Of a stretch of 64,000 bases of DNA, positions 61,501 to 64,000 are shown one piece after another; position 1 is the first letter of the stretch; every line of letters starts with the position of its first letter. Location: positions 57,720 through 121,719 of the forward strand of contig NW_019091355.1 in assembly GCF_001949145.1 (NCBI RefSeq), given 5' to 3'. The notes beneath the pieces were generated by a model. That model did not search any database. It saw nothing but the letters and a program-made list of their open reading frames with translations, and was not told the DNA's origin. Position numbers and translations under genes: made by a program. Source of the DNA: Acanthaster planci. Its lineage: Eukaryota.

Positions 61501-63296
61501 GATCACATTTTGATTTCGGCAAAGCACAAGTCATATCAGTAATGACTCGTGGTTTTGTATTACAAGCTAGACGTAAACAGGTTAGAAGAGGTTCTTCCTG
61601 GTGTGGAGTAGAAGCGAGGGTTTCTTTTTCCACCCTTTAATCCCCCCGCAATTTTTAGGAATATTCCCAATACCTCCACCGTCTTTTCACAATATTTTGC
61701 CACAAGAAGACTGTTGTTAAACTTATTCCGGGGGGGGGTCGAGAGATGAGTATGAGCAATATGTCCTGTCCAAATATTGGCGGGTCTGGCGGGTGCAAGC
61801 AAGCCGCACTTGGCTGCCCTATACCATTGCTTCACCCACTATATGCAATTCATCCGTGCATAAGACCTGTTAATATTCTTCATTCAGTAGGGTTAATCTT
61901 GATCCCCCCCTTAAACACAGTCAACAGTCACCCTTAAGCCTGGTTTCCATATCGACGTAAGAAACGTAGAGAGCAAAGCAATGAAGACGCAAACTGCAAC
62001 GTGGACATATGGAAACATGTCAAACAGAGGTGCCGCCGACAGCGCAGACCAGGCCGCGAATGATCGGCAAAGTTGAGCCAGGTTCAAACTTTGCCGACTG
62101 TCTGCGTCGAATAGCCATGGTATCCATATATAAACACTCATGCTCACATCGACCGATGTCCAACGATGTTTGTCTTAGTTCCACGAATTTTGCCAATTTT
62201 CACATCCTAGTGATCAACTAAATAGCTGACCGTCAATGAAATGTATGGAACTGGAGTAAAGGTTTGGCACCATAAGCCGGTACGGTCAGTATAAAGGCAG
62301 AGTTTCGGACGCCATTTTGTTTCAAGTTTGGGGTGGAATGACGTCATGCACCATCTCTTTCGTTCGTGTCTGCGTCTGCGCGTCTTGCGTTCTGTCTGCG
62401 TTACAAACTACCATCATTACATGCCTTCATGATCGCCAGCGCCAAACCTCGCTCTCTTTATATTCCTTTGTTCATATAATTATAATCAGACCAAGGGTTG
62501 ACCAATTTAGCCCAAATTTGAATCGTAATTTGAATCATATGATTTTTGTTTCCAATTATTGATTTAAATCAACAGTTTGAGTTTCTTAAAAGGGCAATTT
62601 TTTGCAATGTATTGTATTTTTCATCGGATGTGTATTTTTTCCAGGTTGTGCGTATTTCCAATGGTGAATTCCCTTCTGTGGGCCCTTCAGGAAGTGTATC
62701 TGGTACACATTGTATTAAACACAATCTGGATTGGCAGGAATGTTTTGTTCAATTTAAGCCACTTATTTTGAAACGACTCTTACTTCTGAAGTCAACCTGT
62801 TCATAAAAGTGTCGATATTCCAGATAATGTGCAGTTAAGTCTGCAGCGTATCAAGCTTTTTTGTGTCGGGGGGGGGGGGCAAATTCAAAGGCGAATACGG
62901 CCTTGGGCTAATTTGACATGATGTTGACGGAGACAAAATATCAAAAACCTTACTCATGGTCCAAAAATCCTAGGTTTTGTTTCATGCTCGTTTTCTTAGG
63001 GTTTGGTGCTAATCTTTTTTTTATGGAGGGAGTTTCGTTTCTGTTCTGTGAGCTGGCATAACAATATTTTTGTTGCTCTTTTTAATGCACTTTTGTAGTT
63101 AATTTTTTCAAGTTTTGCCCTTGTGATTTTCATCGGTGAGGTTTTTACGTTTTTCTAATGTCCTGTGATGCATGCTCATAGTTTATATTTGACATTTTCA
63201 TGTTCTTAGTTCTTCTTTTTGTAATTGCAACGCTGACTGATTGTAACGCACCTGGGAGCATTGATTTTAAATGGGTTAGGCGCTATGTAAATCGAC

Positions 63297-63326
63297 ATTA
63301 TTGTTATTATTATTATTATTATTATT
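63297..63326. repeat. (TTA)n microsatellite
   Basis: About 10 tta units with one interruption. Confidence 0.85.
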
Positions 63327-64000
63327 TGATACATAAATATTAAAATATAAGTTTGAAAAATAAATATTAAAATGAAAATAAAAGTGAAGAAATCTGTCAG
63401 GGGGCAAGTTGCCCCTGCCCCCCCCTTCCGTTAAATATGCCACTAAGTTAAATGCATATTCTTGAAAAATAAAAGACCGATCAAAATTGATTTGAAAGAC
63501 CTGGAAATCGCAGTTGTGACATTGAATTATTACATTAAGTACAGTGAGAAACACTTTGAATTAAGTACGCTGTTTTAGACGTCCACTACGGATTGATGTT
63601 CTCTCTGAATTTTTTGATTTGCCGTGACATTCGGTGACGATTACATTGAAAATGAAGCACTTTGTTTCAGTTTTGTTGTATTTTATGTGTCTTGTTCATT
63701 TTTATACATTTTCATCATTTTTCGTCATTTGTATATTAACAGGTTAATTGTAACGTATTGTTGTTTTTCTTTGTGATTTTCTCTTTAAAATTTTCATTTA
63801 GCTAATTTACTTTCAGTGTAATCTAAGTTTAACTCTTCCTCTGTTATTAAAATAAACTATTTTTTAGATAACTAATGTATAACGATGACAATCTATAACT
63901 TTACAGAACAAATTCATCATAAAGAAACTTACCTATCAGTAGTTCCAAGATGATATTCCAAATGCATGTATATTCCAACCGAAATATTTACATGCCACGA

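Noticed and set aside
61934..62130. Palindromic segment (ggtttccatat/atatggaaac; tcggcaaagtt/aactttgccga) as a structured RNA gene
   Set aside because: More simply explained as a partial MITE; no RNA gene hallmarks seen.
62289..62760. TATA-like gtataaag, CRE-like tgacgtca and an acceptor at about 62644 as the start of another gene
   Set aside because: No supporting coding exon or recognisable protein within the window.

Overview
AT-rich, intron-containing animal DNA, most likely a marine invertebrate (bilaterian-type genes; the species cannot be fixed from sequence alone). Five protein-coding genes were assembled by hand from GT-AG sites with continuous reading frames. (1, 2) Two tandem TNIP/ABIN-family ubiquitin adaptors on + (about 586 aa, 14 coding exons, 2929-12166; about 688 aa, 10 coding exons, 16156-22315), each with a UBAN-type segment and a C-terminal CCHC zinc finger. 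(3) RPL34 on - (113 aa), head-to-head with (4) VTI1A on + (221 aa). (5) A single-exon atonal-family bHLH gene on - (164 aa), with about 14 kb of gene-poor upstream DNA enriched in CACGTG. Introns hold a decayed LINE, a Foldback-like 1.4 kb palindrome, several MITEs and a three-layer nest (TA-flanked MITE > decayed DIRS retrotransposon with ITRs and ICR > 257 bp MITE). The most unusual observations are: a ~210 nt element duplicated in two RPL34 introns that looks like a poison or uORF cassette exon (or a snoRNA pair); window-wide TACATGTA octamers, several of which read as 6-nt insertions at TA sites (Tc1/mariner-type footprints); and a degenerate UBAN in the second TNIP paralog. No CRISPR, rRNA or tRNA was seen. 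All coordinates were read by eye and may be off by a few bases.
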